From Takakia lepidozioides (lineage: Eukaryota; Plantae; Bryophyta), in NCBI GenBank assembly GCA_030704615.1, contig CM060733.1, positions 2,418,001 through 2,482,000 of the forward strand: a stretch of DNA of 64,000 nt, in the 5' to 3' direction. Position 1 is the stretch's first letter, and the number at the start of each line of letters is the position of its first letter. The notes beneath the pieces were generated by a model. The model ran no database searches. It was not told the origin of the DNA and worked only from the letters and a program-made list of their open reading frames with translations. Below are positions 51,775-64,000 of the stretch, one piece after another. The translations under genes were made by a program, and so were the position numbers.

Positions 51775-52985
51775 AGCCCTCCTTTAGACTCTAATTTCTC
51801 ACAGCACCATCTCTACCTCACTCTGGGGTAACTTAGCACAGGGTCTAGATAATATGACCTATTCTCCTACGCCTATCTCAATCCTGCATTTCTCCATTCA
51901 GATAGTCAAACACAGAAAGATCATTGTTTTTTCCTTCTCCCCACGTGACCCACACATAATCTACCAAAATCTCTGACACCGTCGAGGATAAGATCTCTCC
52001 TGATTCCCGTACCCCCGTTACTGCACCGCTCTTTCCATCCTCCCAAAGCCAACAACCCAAAGTCAAGTCTGTTTGCTCACTCTCCAACACTGATCTCCTG
52101 TCCTTGCTCTTCTCTTGCAATCTCCGCGCAAATGCCCAAACATGCACGGATCGTACCAAGGAAGCTTCCAGTGGGGCATGCTGATCTACATACACTAATC
52201 TGTACGGGTTCAAACGGGTTCTTCGACGCCGTCGCTTCAATCTTCAATACCTAAGTCAGTACCCCCTGTTGAATGCACGGCAAGGATGCGTTCAGTAGAG
52301 CCTAAAAAACAAGTGCTACACAACAGCTTGGTACTGGGTTGCACCTCCCCGCCGTGTAACCCCAAGTGGGGTTACACTCCTTCAATTCCATGTCACTCTC
52401 AAGAGAGGGTGGGGAATATTTGACATGCCCGAAACCGGTGTACCGTCCTCAGAGGTTGCACGTGTGCATTAAGTTCTTACATTATTTCTAGTATTCTCCC
52501 GCCAAAACTGGGACCCTAATTTTGGTTGGATGATAAATGATTGGACGGACAGAAAGCAGGCAAAGTCATATAGCCTTGTCCAATTACTGTATGCGCAGTG
52601 CGCCGCGCGTCCTCTTTCTTCCCCGCCACTCTGGAGAATCTCTCAAAACTTAACCCCAACTTAACTTCTTTTTTTTCTTTTTTTTCTAAAGGGAAACACC
52701 TGGGAGCGACAGCTCACAAATCAGGCCCCTTAATAGTGAGAGGACAAAATAACCTCTTTCACAGTAATCCGCCATCCTGTTACAGCTCAGCACGCCGGGT
52801 TCAAGAACAAGAGGGCCTCCGTCCCCTTTCAAAAAAAAAAAAAATCCCACATGCCAAGGCGTAGGAATGGGGCACCACCCAGGAACCATACCACACCCGT
52901 CAGTAGCAAGTTTTGACCCCAGAATCGCTGGGTAGCACTCAGTGCACTTAACCAACTGAGCTACTGACTGAACTTTTTCTGTAAG

Positions 52986-53097
52986 AGGTAAAGCCCTCGC
53001 CCGAGGACTTTCCTGGATTTGAGGCGCCTGTCTCGAGGGCGGAGCCCGAGGGCAGGGGTCGAAAATCCAGGAGAGTCCAAGGGCGAGGGCTTTACCT
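52986..53097. repeat. Long near-perfect inverted repeat (hairpin)
   Basis: Outer arms AGGTAAAGCCCTCGCCC / GGGCGAGGGCTTTACCT are perfect over 17 bp. Inner arms GGACTTTCCTGGATTT / AAATCCAGGAGAGTCC. Confidence 0.85.
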
Positions 53098-54256
53098 TTC
53101 GTAAAAAACGAAGCTGCCCGTTTTCCAGACTGCCCGTTTCTCCTCTGCGTTGCCACTAGGTTTTCATTGTCACGTCATTGTAGCTCGCTGCCCAAGTTTG
53201 AAAATCGTCTGCCCAAAATAGATCCATAAAGTATGGTGGGGGACAGATTCCATAATCTGGGATTCCGGCCCCCGTCCCGGGGCAAAAACCTGTAATCACT
53301 TGCGAGGGAAAATTCCTGTCAGGGAAGCCCTAATTTTAACAAGGCCACGAATCGGACATTCCTCGCGACCTTTCTCGGGCTGGACATCCTAGCCCTCTTT
53401 TGCCACCCCATCCATTTCTCTTCTCTAATTATCTGGAGGTTTAGAGTAAGGTTGCATCTAGTTTCAAGACCATTGAACGATGTATACATGTAATGTTGTT
53501 ATGTAAACACTTCCCCTGGCCCCTTCACGATAGCAGCTACGATGCGTGCAAAACTGAACAGGGAGAGGAAGGCGGCATCAATTGACATCGAGAACATACG
53601 GGGTACTAGCTTCACTTGCAGGCCATCAAATTTCTAGAATTTTCACGGTCCACCGTGGAAGAAAATTTGGAAGTCTCACCATTCTACCGGTCCTGAACGG
53701 CCATTATTTCTCTCTGATATGCACTATCTACACTGAGCTCTGTTAATTTCTGAGAGCAGAAGTCCTCCATATACTATGTACAGTACAAATAATACTTGAT
53801 CTTATTCTTGAAGGGTGCGGTCAACCAAAAACTATTTGCAGCTTTTCCAGGTCGGTCTAACTTTACTAACTGTTGAACCTCTGAAACGAATTACTGAACT
53901 GTTATTTGGGGGAGGGGCACATAAAGCCCTCAAATGTGTGTCTAACAGTAAACCTTCATGTGCATGAATGATACTCGATAAGAGTGTAGACTTCTTTCTA
54001 TTCCCCTCGGCTTGCTTTACAACTGGTTGTTCAATGAAGTGTGCAGTTTCTGAAGGCCAACCAGTCAATCACGGTCCGCAATCAGCAGACATGGAGTGTG
54101 CCATCAGCATGTGTCCGTTTTCTATCAGTGGACCAGGCAGAGCCGTATGGCGACATCCTCATCAGCAAAGCTCAGTGCACCTAAGAAGATTTCCAATTTG
54201 CAGTTTGGACAAGAGACAGGTCTCGGATGCAAATTGAACTCGTGAGGCCATTTTTT

Positions 54257-55008
54257 TCACACGCCAGGTGGAAAAATGAGGTTGAATTGAGTAGTGTCAT
54301 GAGGGTCAATCCGGAGCCAGTATTTTTCCAACGTGTAAGTGTCATACATTTGTGATGCAAGCTCCATGGCCACTTTGTGAGCAGGTTTGTGCAACGCTTT
54401 GACGGCGGCTTCTCGAGACTCCCATATGCACATTGCCAAGCACTCTCTTCGTGTGTTCAATGTCCCGTACCAATACTGCACGGATGCAAGACAAGTAACG
54501 ACTTCAATCAGATAAGTTATCCAGTCCTGTTATCCCCTGCAGCAGTACTTACCCTCTATCGCTCTCAGGCACATATTTACATCAAGTTCGTCTCTCTCCC
54601 TCTCGCTCGCTCGCTCTCACGCGTTGGGCGAAGTGGGTAAGATAAGCCAAACATTGAAAGAATGCAGGTCCAAGGTTGAATTAGATATATGCGAGGTAGA
54701 GAAGACATAGAGGTAGGACATACCCGGAGCAAGCCGCCGCTGTGTTTAGCCTCAACTTGAGCCGCCAGATCCGCAGCATAGAGAAGTCCAGTATCAGCAC
54801 AAGGTTTCCTAATCGACCGAAAGAGCACAAGGTAGAAGCTAGCTGATTCAGAGAGTTGCAGACTCTTGATCGCCGGGGTCCAGTTAAAGCAATCTTCGAT
54901 GGCCGTGCTGAGGGGAGCATTGTGTGCGCACGCAGTGGGTTCAAGTCCTTTAAAAGCCGCCCCTTTCCTTTTAGTTACAGCAAGCAAGTTCGACCCATCT
55001 TCTGGCAT
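54257..55008 (-). CDS. UPF0643-like protein, two exons (54724-55008 and 54257-54475)
   Basis: CFNW...FYLVLFRS...D..AQVEAKHSGGLLR|YWYG...CLAMCIWESREAA...PAHKVAM...YDTYTLEKY. Phase-0 GT-AG intron. Family assignment is from recall. Confidence 0.75.
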
Positions 55009-55091
55009 TGTCTAGATCCTCTTTTCAAATGGCCGAAGTTACTGTCGCCGTCTTTCACCGTCCTCGCTTCCTGTTTGCACTCAAGATTGTG

Positions 55092-55125
<34 letters not shown>

Positions 55126-55949
55126 TTTCTCTATACAACCAGCTGCGGACTGACAGCGTGGAGCATTTGGGGTTCAAATCGACTGATCATGAGGTGCAGG
55201 ACTGACTCACTCGGACCCACGCACAGACCATGAAGTGATCAGACGAAGCCCAAAAGGAAGAAAACAGCTCTAGAAAGAGTCCACCAGAATGATGTTGGAA
55301 TTACATTAACTAAGACAATGGCTGAGAGATCCAAACACTTACATGAGCATGATCGATCACAGTTCAACCAAAGATGACCAGCGAGCTAGACGAGCAGACT
55401 CCCCACTCACTCAATCAATCACCGCGTATCCAAAGCGGACAAAACAGAACAAGGAGAACGTGGACACAGAATCCATGTGAGGCAACTTGGTACGAGAAGA
55501 ACACTGATCCGATGGCGAGGACGATGAGGCAACCGACGATTGCAGCACTTTGGATCACGGGGCCCTCGCCCACCACCGTCATATTCATCACCATTGTATT
55601 TATATCTGTACATACACTCTGTCATACATGGATACTATCTGTAGAGGTATATGTTTTAGTCCACCGTAGCTGCGTTGTTGGTTGTTGGCTACCAAAAGCA
55701 ACCCTTCTCGTTCTTGGGTATTTTCTACTCATTCATTGTCTCCTACGGTGTGTTTGAGCAAGATGGTCGTATTATATACGGTTACATGTACCTGGACACT
55801 CTGGGGCCGAAGTGACCACGTTCAGTGTACCGCGATGTGCAATACAGTGTTTCTGCCCTAGACATTTTCGGAAATTAAATCATTTCTTTAAATACTGGAA
55901 TAAGTTTCATTTCATTCTAGTGACAACCCAAAGGAGGAGGCTAGTTCTA

Positions 55950-56489
55950 GGGCCACTTTACACTAGGTCCCCAGCCCAAGACCAAGCGTGTTCCTATTGG
56001 CCGAAGGCCGACCAACCGCTCTACACTACGGCCCAAATCCAAAAAGATCATAGTGGGGCATTTGCCTACATGGCACAAGTTTTGGCACCAACTTGTTGGG
56101 CCAGCCCAAGGAAAAGGATACCTCCTATTTTGGAGCCCCAACTCTCTCACTCCCGCCCAAGAAGATTAACATTAAAATATAGTACGTTTGCACAATCTTG
56201 ACTGTAGGATGAAGTCCTCACCAAGCCGGGAAGGCGCCTCCAAACTTCTGTACGTGGCTTGGCTGGTCCGTACGGGACTCTCGCCTATAAATGGCTCGTT
56301 GTGGAAGGACGAGTGGATAAAGCTTAGGGGTCTTGACTCTTGGGCTTTGCATTTCCTCCCAACGACTTTACCCACAACCACATTGGGCCCAAAGGATATA
56401 TTATTTTAGTGACTGAACCTGGCCAAAAATTGGCACAAATAAATTGGGCTCATGATTTCTTGGGCTTGGGCCCTCGTGTGAAGTGTCCT
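55950..56489. mobile_element. Tourist/PIF-Harbinger-like MITE
   Basis: Imperfect TIRs GGGCCACTTTACAC / GTGTGAAGTGTCCT, flanked by CTA and TTA. No coding capacity. Confidence 0.75.
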
Positions 56490-56524
56490 TTAGTGTAGGC
56501 AGAAATAAGGTGCTATAAGGACCT

Positions 56525-56970
56525 GTCATTGTCACCATATCATCGTCGTCCTATTTTAAGCCACCTCATTAAAAAAACTGATTTTATGAAAATCAATTTT
56601 TTCAAATCTGCTCTAATACTACTTTCTTTCTTTCTTTTGTTTTCTTCACATATTCAATGTAAATGTTACATCTGAATATTAATTATGATAACAAAAAAAA
56701 AATCAATGGTTTCCCCAAGTTACGAAACACTTAGAAGTCATTGTCACACCATGATATTGTCACCAATCATCATCGTCATTCTGTAAAGCTGCCCCAAAAA
56801 AAGAATGAATTATGAAAATCATTTTCTTCCAAATCTGGTCTAATATTACTTTATTTTTCTCTTTTGATTTCTTCACATCATATTCAATGTAAATGTTACA
56901 ACACTTATAAATGTTAATTATGATAAACCACCAAACAGAAATCAACGCTTTGTCCAGTTTTCGAAACCCT
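56525..56970. repeat. Diverged AT-rich tandem duplication of about 215-230 bp
   Basis: ATTGTCACCA...CATCGTC...TTATGAAAATCA...CAAATCTG...CATATTCAATGTAAATGTTACA occurs twice. Confidence 0.75.
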
Positions 56971-59731
56971 CAAAAATTCAACAGTTTGATTTTGAGGTGA
57001 GCACGTTTCAATTTACTAATATATTACAATAGTAGAGATTTATATTATAAATATAATGATGAACTGTAATAGAAATGTCAAAACTCATAATATTGGATTT
57101 TTGTTTTTTTATATTTTGGATATTTCAGAATATGTATTTATTAATATATTATAAATACATATCAACAAACTCTATGATTGAATATACTAGATGTATGTAT
57201 ATCTCTTTAGTTTCTATAATGTTCAAGTATTTTTGAGTTTATTTGCTAAGATTTTGAATTACCTTTATAGATGGCATCCTTGACAGAATCGCTCACAGGA
57301 GCCATAAAATGAAGGGGCTCTTAATTACGTCAACTCTAGTCGAAGTTTTTTTCATTCTAGTGACAACTAAAGGTCGGAAACTATTTTTAGTGATTAGGGT
57401 GTCATAGTCAGGCGAGAATTATTTGCACTCTTCCTTTACTTTCCACACAATATTTTCAATAGTAGAGTTTGAAACACTTGATAACTGTACTAATTGTCTC
57501 GTAATGACTCAAAAATTAAGTACTAGATCACACCAATTCGGGATCTCAACTCCGGCTGGGCTGGATCTCTAACATGCAAACGACCCTCGTTGTCTTACAA
57601 TAGACATTGAGTTACGGTCCATAAAACCTAAAATAATCCAAGGTGGTCATCACCTCCACAGTTGGAGCGTGCAGACTAATAAACGAGAAATCCAAATCAT
57701 AACTTTGAAAAACTCAAAAAAGAAAAACAGAGATCTGTACAGGCAGACTCAACAGACATGGCAGAACGTCCTTAACGATGTTGCAATTGCCCTCTTAGTT
57801 GCCAGATTACTGACCAATTTCTCAACAAGTTCAAGTGTTTTATCATTTTGAATGGACCTGAAACTTTTCATGGCTTGCACATGTGATCTACCTCTAGCAA
57901 TTTACCTCAGTGTCTGCATGTGTTCATAGAGAAGATTAAATTGTGTTTTTAATCAAAGAACATTAATATATGAACGTGGTTAAATCAAGTGAATCAATTA
58001 TTTTCAGATTTGAGACTTGTCGTGATCCGCTATTAAAATGGAATTGGCAAAGACTTTAATCCAAATATTAGATCTAGAGACTAGAATGAATTTGAGTCTC
58101 TTGAACATTCCCAGTTTGTACCTGCTGGATGGGATTGCCTACAAACATAATATCGTGCAAGTTTGATTTTAAACCAGATTTCTAGTCTCCCTCTCATCCT
58201 GGCTTTGTTTATTCGTTGTACGAGTCATGTCCCTCATTACGATCTTTGGGCTATCTTCATGCATATCGACGTTATATATGAGCGCGAGCGGCCCTTACTT
58301 TCCTCTCATCTAGTCCCCAAAACGTTCATGTATACCAATGAACCTTGTAGCACTAAAGCTGCAGCCACCAACCTCCCTCCATGATTTCTTCAACTTGAGC
58401 AAGTCTACTGATTAAGTTGCTCATCTCCGAAATCGTCACTAGTTGCTTTAAGTAAATGATTTTCTAAACTTCTAGATCCTCATAATCGCTGAGGCGGGCA
58501 AACTGTTGTACATCTGGCCATTTCAATTGCCAACACACATGCGCATATTCGCTCAAGGAAAAAAATTGAAGCAACTAGAACTTAGACAATCCTGAAAACA
58601 TTGATAGATCTGCACAACACTTGGGGTTCAAAAGCATACATAGAATTTGAAAACCCTCACATGACAGACTGCATTCATGACTGTAAGAGATCGTATTAAC
58701 GAAGCGATTTAACTTGATTTGAACGGAGCGAGATCATATTAAAGAATTTTCAATTCTGCATCATGATACAGGAGGACCCCCGAAGCAACGCCCAAACAAA
58801 CAATATATGTATACATGACCCAGTACTTGTGATCATATATATAGAAGTTGATCAGCTGTGCTTTATGGTCCTTCATCAGATCAGTAAACTGAGCAAAAGT
58901 TCTGGTACATGCTCTTATTCGAACCAATCAACAAACTGACGAGACACGCTGGGAGAGAAAAGAAGGAACACAGATAGAAAAGAGAAGTACAGGCAAGCAG
59001 ACGTAGGCCTTAACACTCCATTTGAATCGCGATTTCTCTGTACCTAGTCAGCGCGACATGTCACACATGCACGTACACAAGTATGAACATAATTCTTTTC
59101 CACATTCACACATGCGACTCGACAACTCTCTCTCCAATATTCGTTCTGATGATAACCAAACAAGCTGCAACTCTGTTGCGAACTCAATGAGTAACGAAAA
59201 TTAGTTCTTGCATCTTTCACCTTGAGATAATAATTCATATTCCAGTAAATCACCATCAGTTTTCACAACAGGTCGACCAACTTTATTTTCATTTAAAAAA
59301 CAAGAGTGTTATTTGTCATTCTCATTCAATCAGACCGGTTATGCAAGGCACCATCGCATCTGTTACGCTTTATTAGAATGCATTCATTACACAATTATCA
59401 TCTTCCCAAATCCCACTAACCATACTCAAACGTTCAACCATGTCGAATTTTGTGTGACTCAGGGGTTATGGACCAAATCAAATCAAATTGGTTATGAGAG
59501 CCTTGTACCCATACACGGTCCTTTCAATCAAAAATCCCCATTCATATGGGTCATTGCCGAAGCGTGGAACTGAACCAAGGTGTTAGCTTGGCAACCATGA
59601 AATCATGGGAGCGATGTCATTTCACCACATGAATTGATTTGATTAATAAGTACAAAGTAAAGAAGGATCTACCACGCACATTGTGCTACACGTCATCATC
59701 ATTGACATGTCATCATCGTCATTTTTAAGCT

Positions 59732-60259
59732 TGTCGTGCGCATACATATCGCTACACAACTACATCGCTGTCCAAACCACACCACACATATATGCACAAT
59801 AAAGTAGTCTGCCACAATAAAACCAACGAACACACTGGTTACACAAAACATGAAAACCAAACCATCACTCTTTAAAACAGTAGTCGAGCCAGGGGCACCC
59901 CAAGCTATGGGGACTCCACCCCACAACAACCTACACTCCCATCATGAGTACACTCAGACCTAAACGCATGCAGGAGTTCGGTCGCGCAGGCTCAACTCGA
60001 GAAAGATGAGCCGCGCGACTGCCGCTCTCGTGAAGATAAGACGGACCAGGTGTCAAACTAAACTTGACACCTGATTTAACACTTGACCTAAATCCAAGTG
60101 TTAAATACAAATAACTAGTTTTATTCTAGCTGTTTTCACACTGTGCTTATTTAACTTGACAGCTGTCGTGCGCATACATATCGCTACACAACTACATCGC
60201 TGTCCAAACCACACCACACATATATGCACAATAAAGTAGTCTGCCACAATCGCCCCCCT
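59732..60259 (-). repeat. Split terminal repeats: PPT (60251-60259), B1 (60164-60250), GC, A (59819-60161), B2 (59732-59818)
   Basis: B1 and B2 are identical 87-bp copies. A is homologous to 224-735. The B1/A junction is the palindrome GACAGCTGTC. Confidence 0.9.
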
Positions 60260-60508
60260 AGCTGGTGGATAGGTCCCTCTACCTCCAGATAGCTACAAGA
60301 TGTAATAGCCACAGCCGTACTAAGTCCTCTATCACTGTCCCTATTGTACTCAAACTCTATAGACCAAGAGGCCGGGTACAAGAGTAGCCCCATCGTTAGT
60401 CGCCGTCTTGCAATCTATGAACTTGAGCCAAGATCTCGTGTGTTCAAGGTCTCCTAGTAGCTGGGTCTTGCGTTTCTTGTTAACCTCCCATGGTTGTATC
60501 CACTCCCA

Positions 60509-63500
60509 CTATCCAATGCAATGTGGACATAACCAATCCCCATCCGGAACCATCTCAAGAGGTGGAGTCAAGCATCCCATATGCCAACCTCTAGAGCACC
60601 GATCACATACCAGCATGGTGGCTGCCCCTTTAGCAGACCCACACAACATGCACCTCAAACCTGCAGATACCACTGCCAGGTTTGGGTCAATCCTGCCATC
60701 GACATTCGGAAGGTGACATGGCGCACAATTACGCACATGGTCCTTCCAAGTGATGCCATCCCGACCCTCCAAGACCAAGACGCCTGAGGGCAAGACCTCT
60801 CGAACCCTCAAAATAACACGTCCTGCAGTCACATCCAGGGTCGTAGGAGCAGTCTGCTGCAGATAGACATAGTCACCAGGGTTGAATCTCCGAACCCCAG
60901 GACGATAGCCCCCACCACGTATGGTAGCATACCTCAACGTATCACGGTGTTGTGCAATGGCAAGGTTCTCGAAAGCCATGGGCATGACTCTCTTGAACAA
61001 CTCTGCACGCTGCTCACATGCACGTGCCCACACGTCCGGATCGTCAAGGTTAAGAACTGTAGCAGCTTCTCTGCGAATGGATGTAGGCAAATCCGGCTCT
61101 CGGCCAAAGAGAAGAAAGTATGGTGAGAAAGAGGCAAGTGATGCTTGCTTGCTGAACCTGTAGCCCATGGCTAACCAGGGTAACTGAAGGTCCCAATCTC
61201 CTAGGTGTCCCTTCTGCAAGCCATACTTGCGCAAACCCCTCTTTACTGTCTGAACAACTCTCTCTGCCAAGCCATCAGCTTCAGGATGATCCCGAGAAGT
61301 GGTGCGGTGGTCTATCAAGGCTTTGTCACACAAAGCCTGAAACTCCCCCAAGAACTCTCTCCCTTGGTCCGTGAGTACCTCAGCTGGAGCACCGAATCGG
61401 CTAAGCACACAATCCAGGAATGCATACGCAGCTCCCTCACTAGCCTTATCAGGCAATGGAACCAATTCAATCCACTTGGAGAAGTGCTCCACCATCACCA
61501 ACACGTACTTGTTGTGGCGCATGGTCAGTGGCAACGGCCCTGCGAAGTCAAGACTCCACCTGTAGCCCAATCCCATGATCGGAAGAGGGTGCAATTGTGG
61601 AGTAGGGGCGTTGAATGAAGCACGCACCCTGTCACACACCATGCACCTAGCCACAAATTGTTGCACCTCTGTGTGCATACCACGCCACCAATACTGCCCC
61701 TGCAGTAGACTATGAGTGCGTCGCACCCCAAAATGCCCCAACTCCTCATGGGCATGCCGCACTAACCGGGCCCGCTGTGTTGGGTGAGGCACAATCCTCA
61801 CTCGACCATCCTCCCACACTCGGAGCAGGTGTGTCCCCTCCCACCTGAACCTCTTGGCTCGTTGTAGGATCCGATCCCTCTCCTTGGCAGTCATAGTGGC
61901 TGCCGTGTCTCCACTGCGGAGGTAGTCCAACACAACTGAATCCTCATGTATATCTTTGGCGCCACCCTGCTCATTGCTGGCCTCAGGGTCCTCAGACACT
62001 TGATCTACAGTCATCCCTGTTGTAGGTCCAACCTGGCCTTCCGCTGCCAAGATACACAGAAATGCAGATGCATGCCATCCGGGCACCATCTCCTCGTCCG
62101 TCTCACCATGCCACCGAGCTCCAGTGTCATCCTGCTGGCTCGTGCATGGATTGCGACTCAACCCATCTGCATTTCGATTGACCAAACCCGGTCGATGCAC
62201 CACCTGAAAGTCATACTCTTGAAGGATGAGTGCCCACCGTGCAAGCTTCCCCGTAAGCTTGTCTGACTCCATCAACCACTTGAGTGGTTGGTGATCCGTG
62301 ACAAGGGTGAAGAGATTGCCGTATAGATAGCACCTGAAGTGTGCCACGGCCCACACTGCAGCTAAGCATTCTCCCTCATATGAGCTATACTTAGACTCTG
62401 CAGCATTGTTCGAGCGACTAGCATAAGCCACTACGAACTCTCTTCCCTCATCATCCACCTGTGTGAGCACCGCTCCAAGCCCCAGCATGCTCCAATCTGT
62501 ATGCAGCTGAAAAGGACGCCCCCTGATAGGTCGTCTCAAGATGGGCGCCGAGGTCAACCTCGCCTTGAGCTCTTGAAAAGCTTGTTCTTGCTCATCTTCC
62601 CACTGCCACTCCTGGTCCACCTTGGTCAGCTTGGTTAGAGCCTTTGCAATGGCACTAAATCCCTTAACAAACCGTCTGTAATAGTTTGCTAACCCCATGA
62701 AAGCTCGAACTCGGCTCACATCCGTGGGACGTGGAACCTGTGCAATGGACTCTACCTTAGTCTGCTGTACCCCCAATCCTCCAGGATATATCATGTGACC
62801 CAGGTACTCAATCTGGTTGTGGAAAAACTTGCACTTGCCCGGATGTAACTTCAATCCGTGCGTCCTCAAGCGCTCAAATACCCCCTGAAGGTGTCTCTCA
62901 TGCTCCTCCACCGCAGCACTAAAGATGATGATGTCATCTATGTAGCACCGAGCAAACTCCACCCCTGCTAGAATCCTGTCCATGACTCTTTGAAACTCAG
63001 CGGGAGCGTTTTTAAGCCCAAATGGTAAGAACCGCCATGGTATAGGCAATCCTTCCCGTGCTCATTGATCCCCCAGAATGCCGTCTTTTGCTTATCCGCC
63101 TCCTTGATCGGCAACTGGTGATATCCGGATCGTAAATCCAACGTGCTAAAGACCTTGGAATGCCCAATGGCATCAAAGATCTCCTCTGGTGTTGGCATGG
63201 CATACCTATCGGACTTGGTCTGACGATTTACAGGCCGGTAATCACCGCACATACGTCTCTCCGTCCAATTGCCATAGACATCCTTCTTAGCTGGCATCAC
63301 TGTGGCTGAAGCATACTCTCCACCAGAGAGCTCCACCAAACCTGCCTCCCAGAGATCTTGAGTCCTCATCTGAATCAAAGACCTCTCCATGTCACTGTAT
63401 CTATAGGGTCTCCGAAAGATTGGCGTATCAGTGGCCAACTCAATACGGATCTCTTGACCCTTCAGTGCTCCCAAGTCCTTCAAACTGAAGGCAAAGCAAT

Positions 63501-63654
63501 TCCTGTAAGCCCTCAGGAACCGCCGTATACGTCGTCTCTCTCCTCCGGTGACAATGGGTCCAATGTCAGGCTCCCAATTGTCCTCCGTAACTGCAACCTT
63601 AAGTCCAGTGGGCTTAGAGGTAGAGGACCCGTCCCGTAGAGGTTCCCGTGGTTG
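60509..63654 (-). CDS. pol RT-RNaseH-integrase-PHD, intact apart from one 1-nt frameshift near 63038
   Basis: 846-aa ORF with YIDD, TDWS, DDE integrase and a C4HC3 PHD finger. The upstream RT ORF 62968..63483 is offset by a single deletion (CAGTGG in copy 1 versus CATGG here). Confidence 0.92.
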
Positions 63655-64000
63655 CTATGCTGCAACCTCTTGAGCAGTACCCCCTTCCTGCTCAGTCAAT
63701 GACAAGGCCTCATCCTGCCCCATCATTTCATCATTGAGAACCTCCTCATCCCGAGAAGAATCCCCAACCTCATCCATCACAGCTGCCTTCGCTGCCAACT
63801 CCCTCTGAACCTCGAGCACCTCCCACATGTGCCATGGATGTCTACACCTCGTGGTCCTCACCGGCTCGCCCCCACTCGCTGCCTGTACCGTCTCGGTAGG
63901 CAGAGAGACCGTCAAGGGAAGTGCACTCCGCACTCTACGTTGCTCAGCCATAGCCAAGCTGACAATCCAGGTCAAGCAATTGAGATCCATTGCTTGCCCC
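63655..64000 (-). CDS. C terminus of the DNMT domain and linker of the second copy
   Basis: GQAMDLNCLTWIVSLAMAEQ matches motif X of copy 1. The frame is open to TAG at 63655-63657. Confidence 0.85.
   Translation of the reverse strand, partial: GQAMDLNCLTWIVSLAMAEQRRVRSALPLTVSLPTETVQAASGGEPVRTTRCRHPWHMWEVLEVQRELAAKAAVMDEVGDSSRDEEVLNDEMMGQDEALSLTEQEGGTAQEVAA

Larger units (their letters stand above)
59732..64000 (-). mobile_element. Second copy of the DNMT/PHD Ty3/gypsy family (3' part; continues past window end)
   Basis: Collinear and highly similar to about 6970-10675. 3' end has PPT-B-GC-A-B and terminates ...GCACGACA at 59732. Confidence 0.93.

Noticed and set aside
57300-59600. Possible decayed gene or transposase exons
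   Set aside because: Only short ORFs with no recognisable domain.

Overview
Eukaryotic nuclear DNA, most likely from a non-seed land plant such as a bryophyte or lycophyte. This is an inference from PLS/DYW-type PPR fragments, spliceosomal introns and a nuclear cyanobacterial-type tilS. Bases 1-22.5 kb are a nested transposon stack. A CRE-like RLE non-LTR retrotransposon (minus strand) is split by three insertions, each with an exact target-site duplication (TSD): a 10.6 kb Ty3/gypsy-type element, a 6 kb gene-capturing CACTA element and a 2.4 kb gag-only LTR element. The Ty3/gypsy family has a second, better-preserved copy at 59.7-64 kb and is the most unusual system here. Its polyprotein carries a DNMT3-like cytosine methyltransferase between protease and RT, and a PHD finger after integrase. 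A stop codon followed by a CARYYA readthrough-type context separates the methyltransferase from RT in both copies. Instead of paired LTRs it has split, circularly permuted terminal repeats (A...PPT-B and ...PPT-B-GC-A-B), with a covarying stem-loop and a candidate self-priming site. The middle of the window holds host genes: a truncated SDR, an ankyrin plus possible beta-pore-forming protein, tilS, a LisH/CTLH-WD40 gene and a UPF0643-like gene, along with further TE and pseudogene debris. All calls were made by eye, without database searches.
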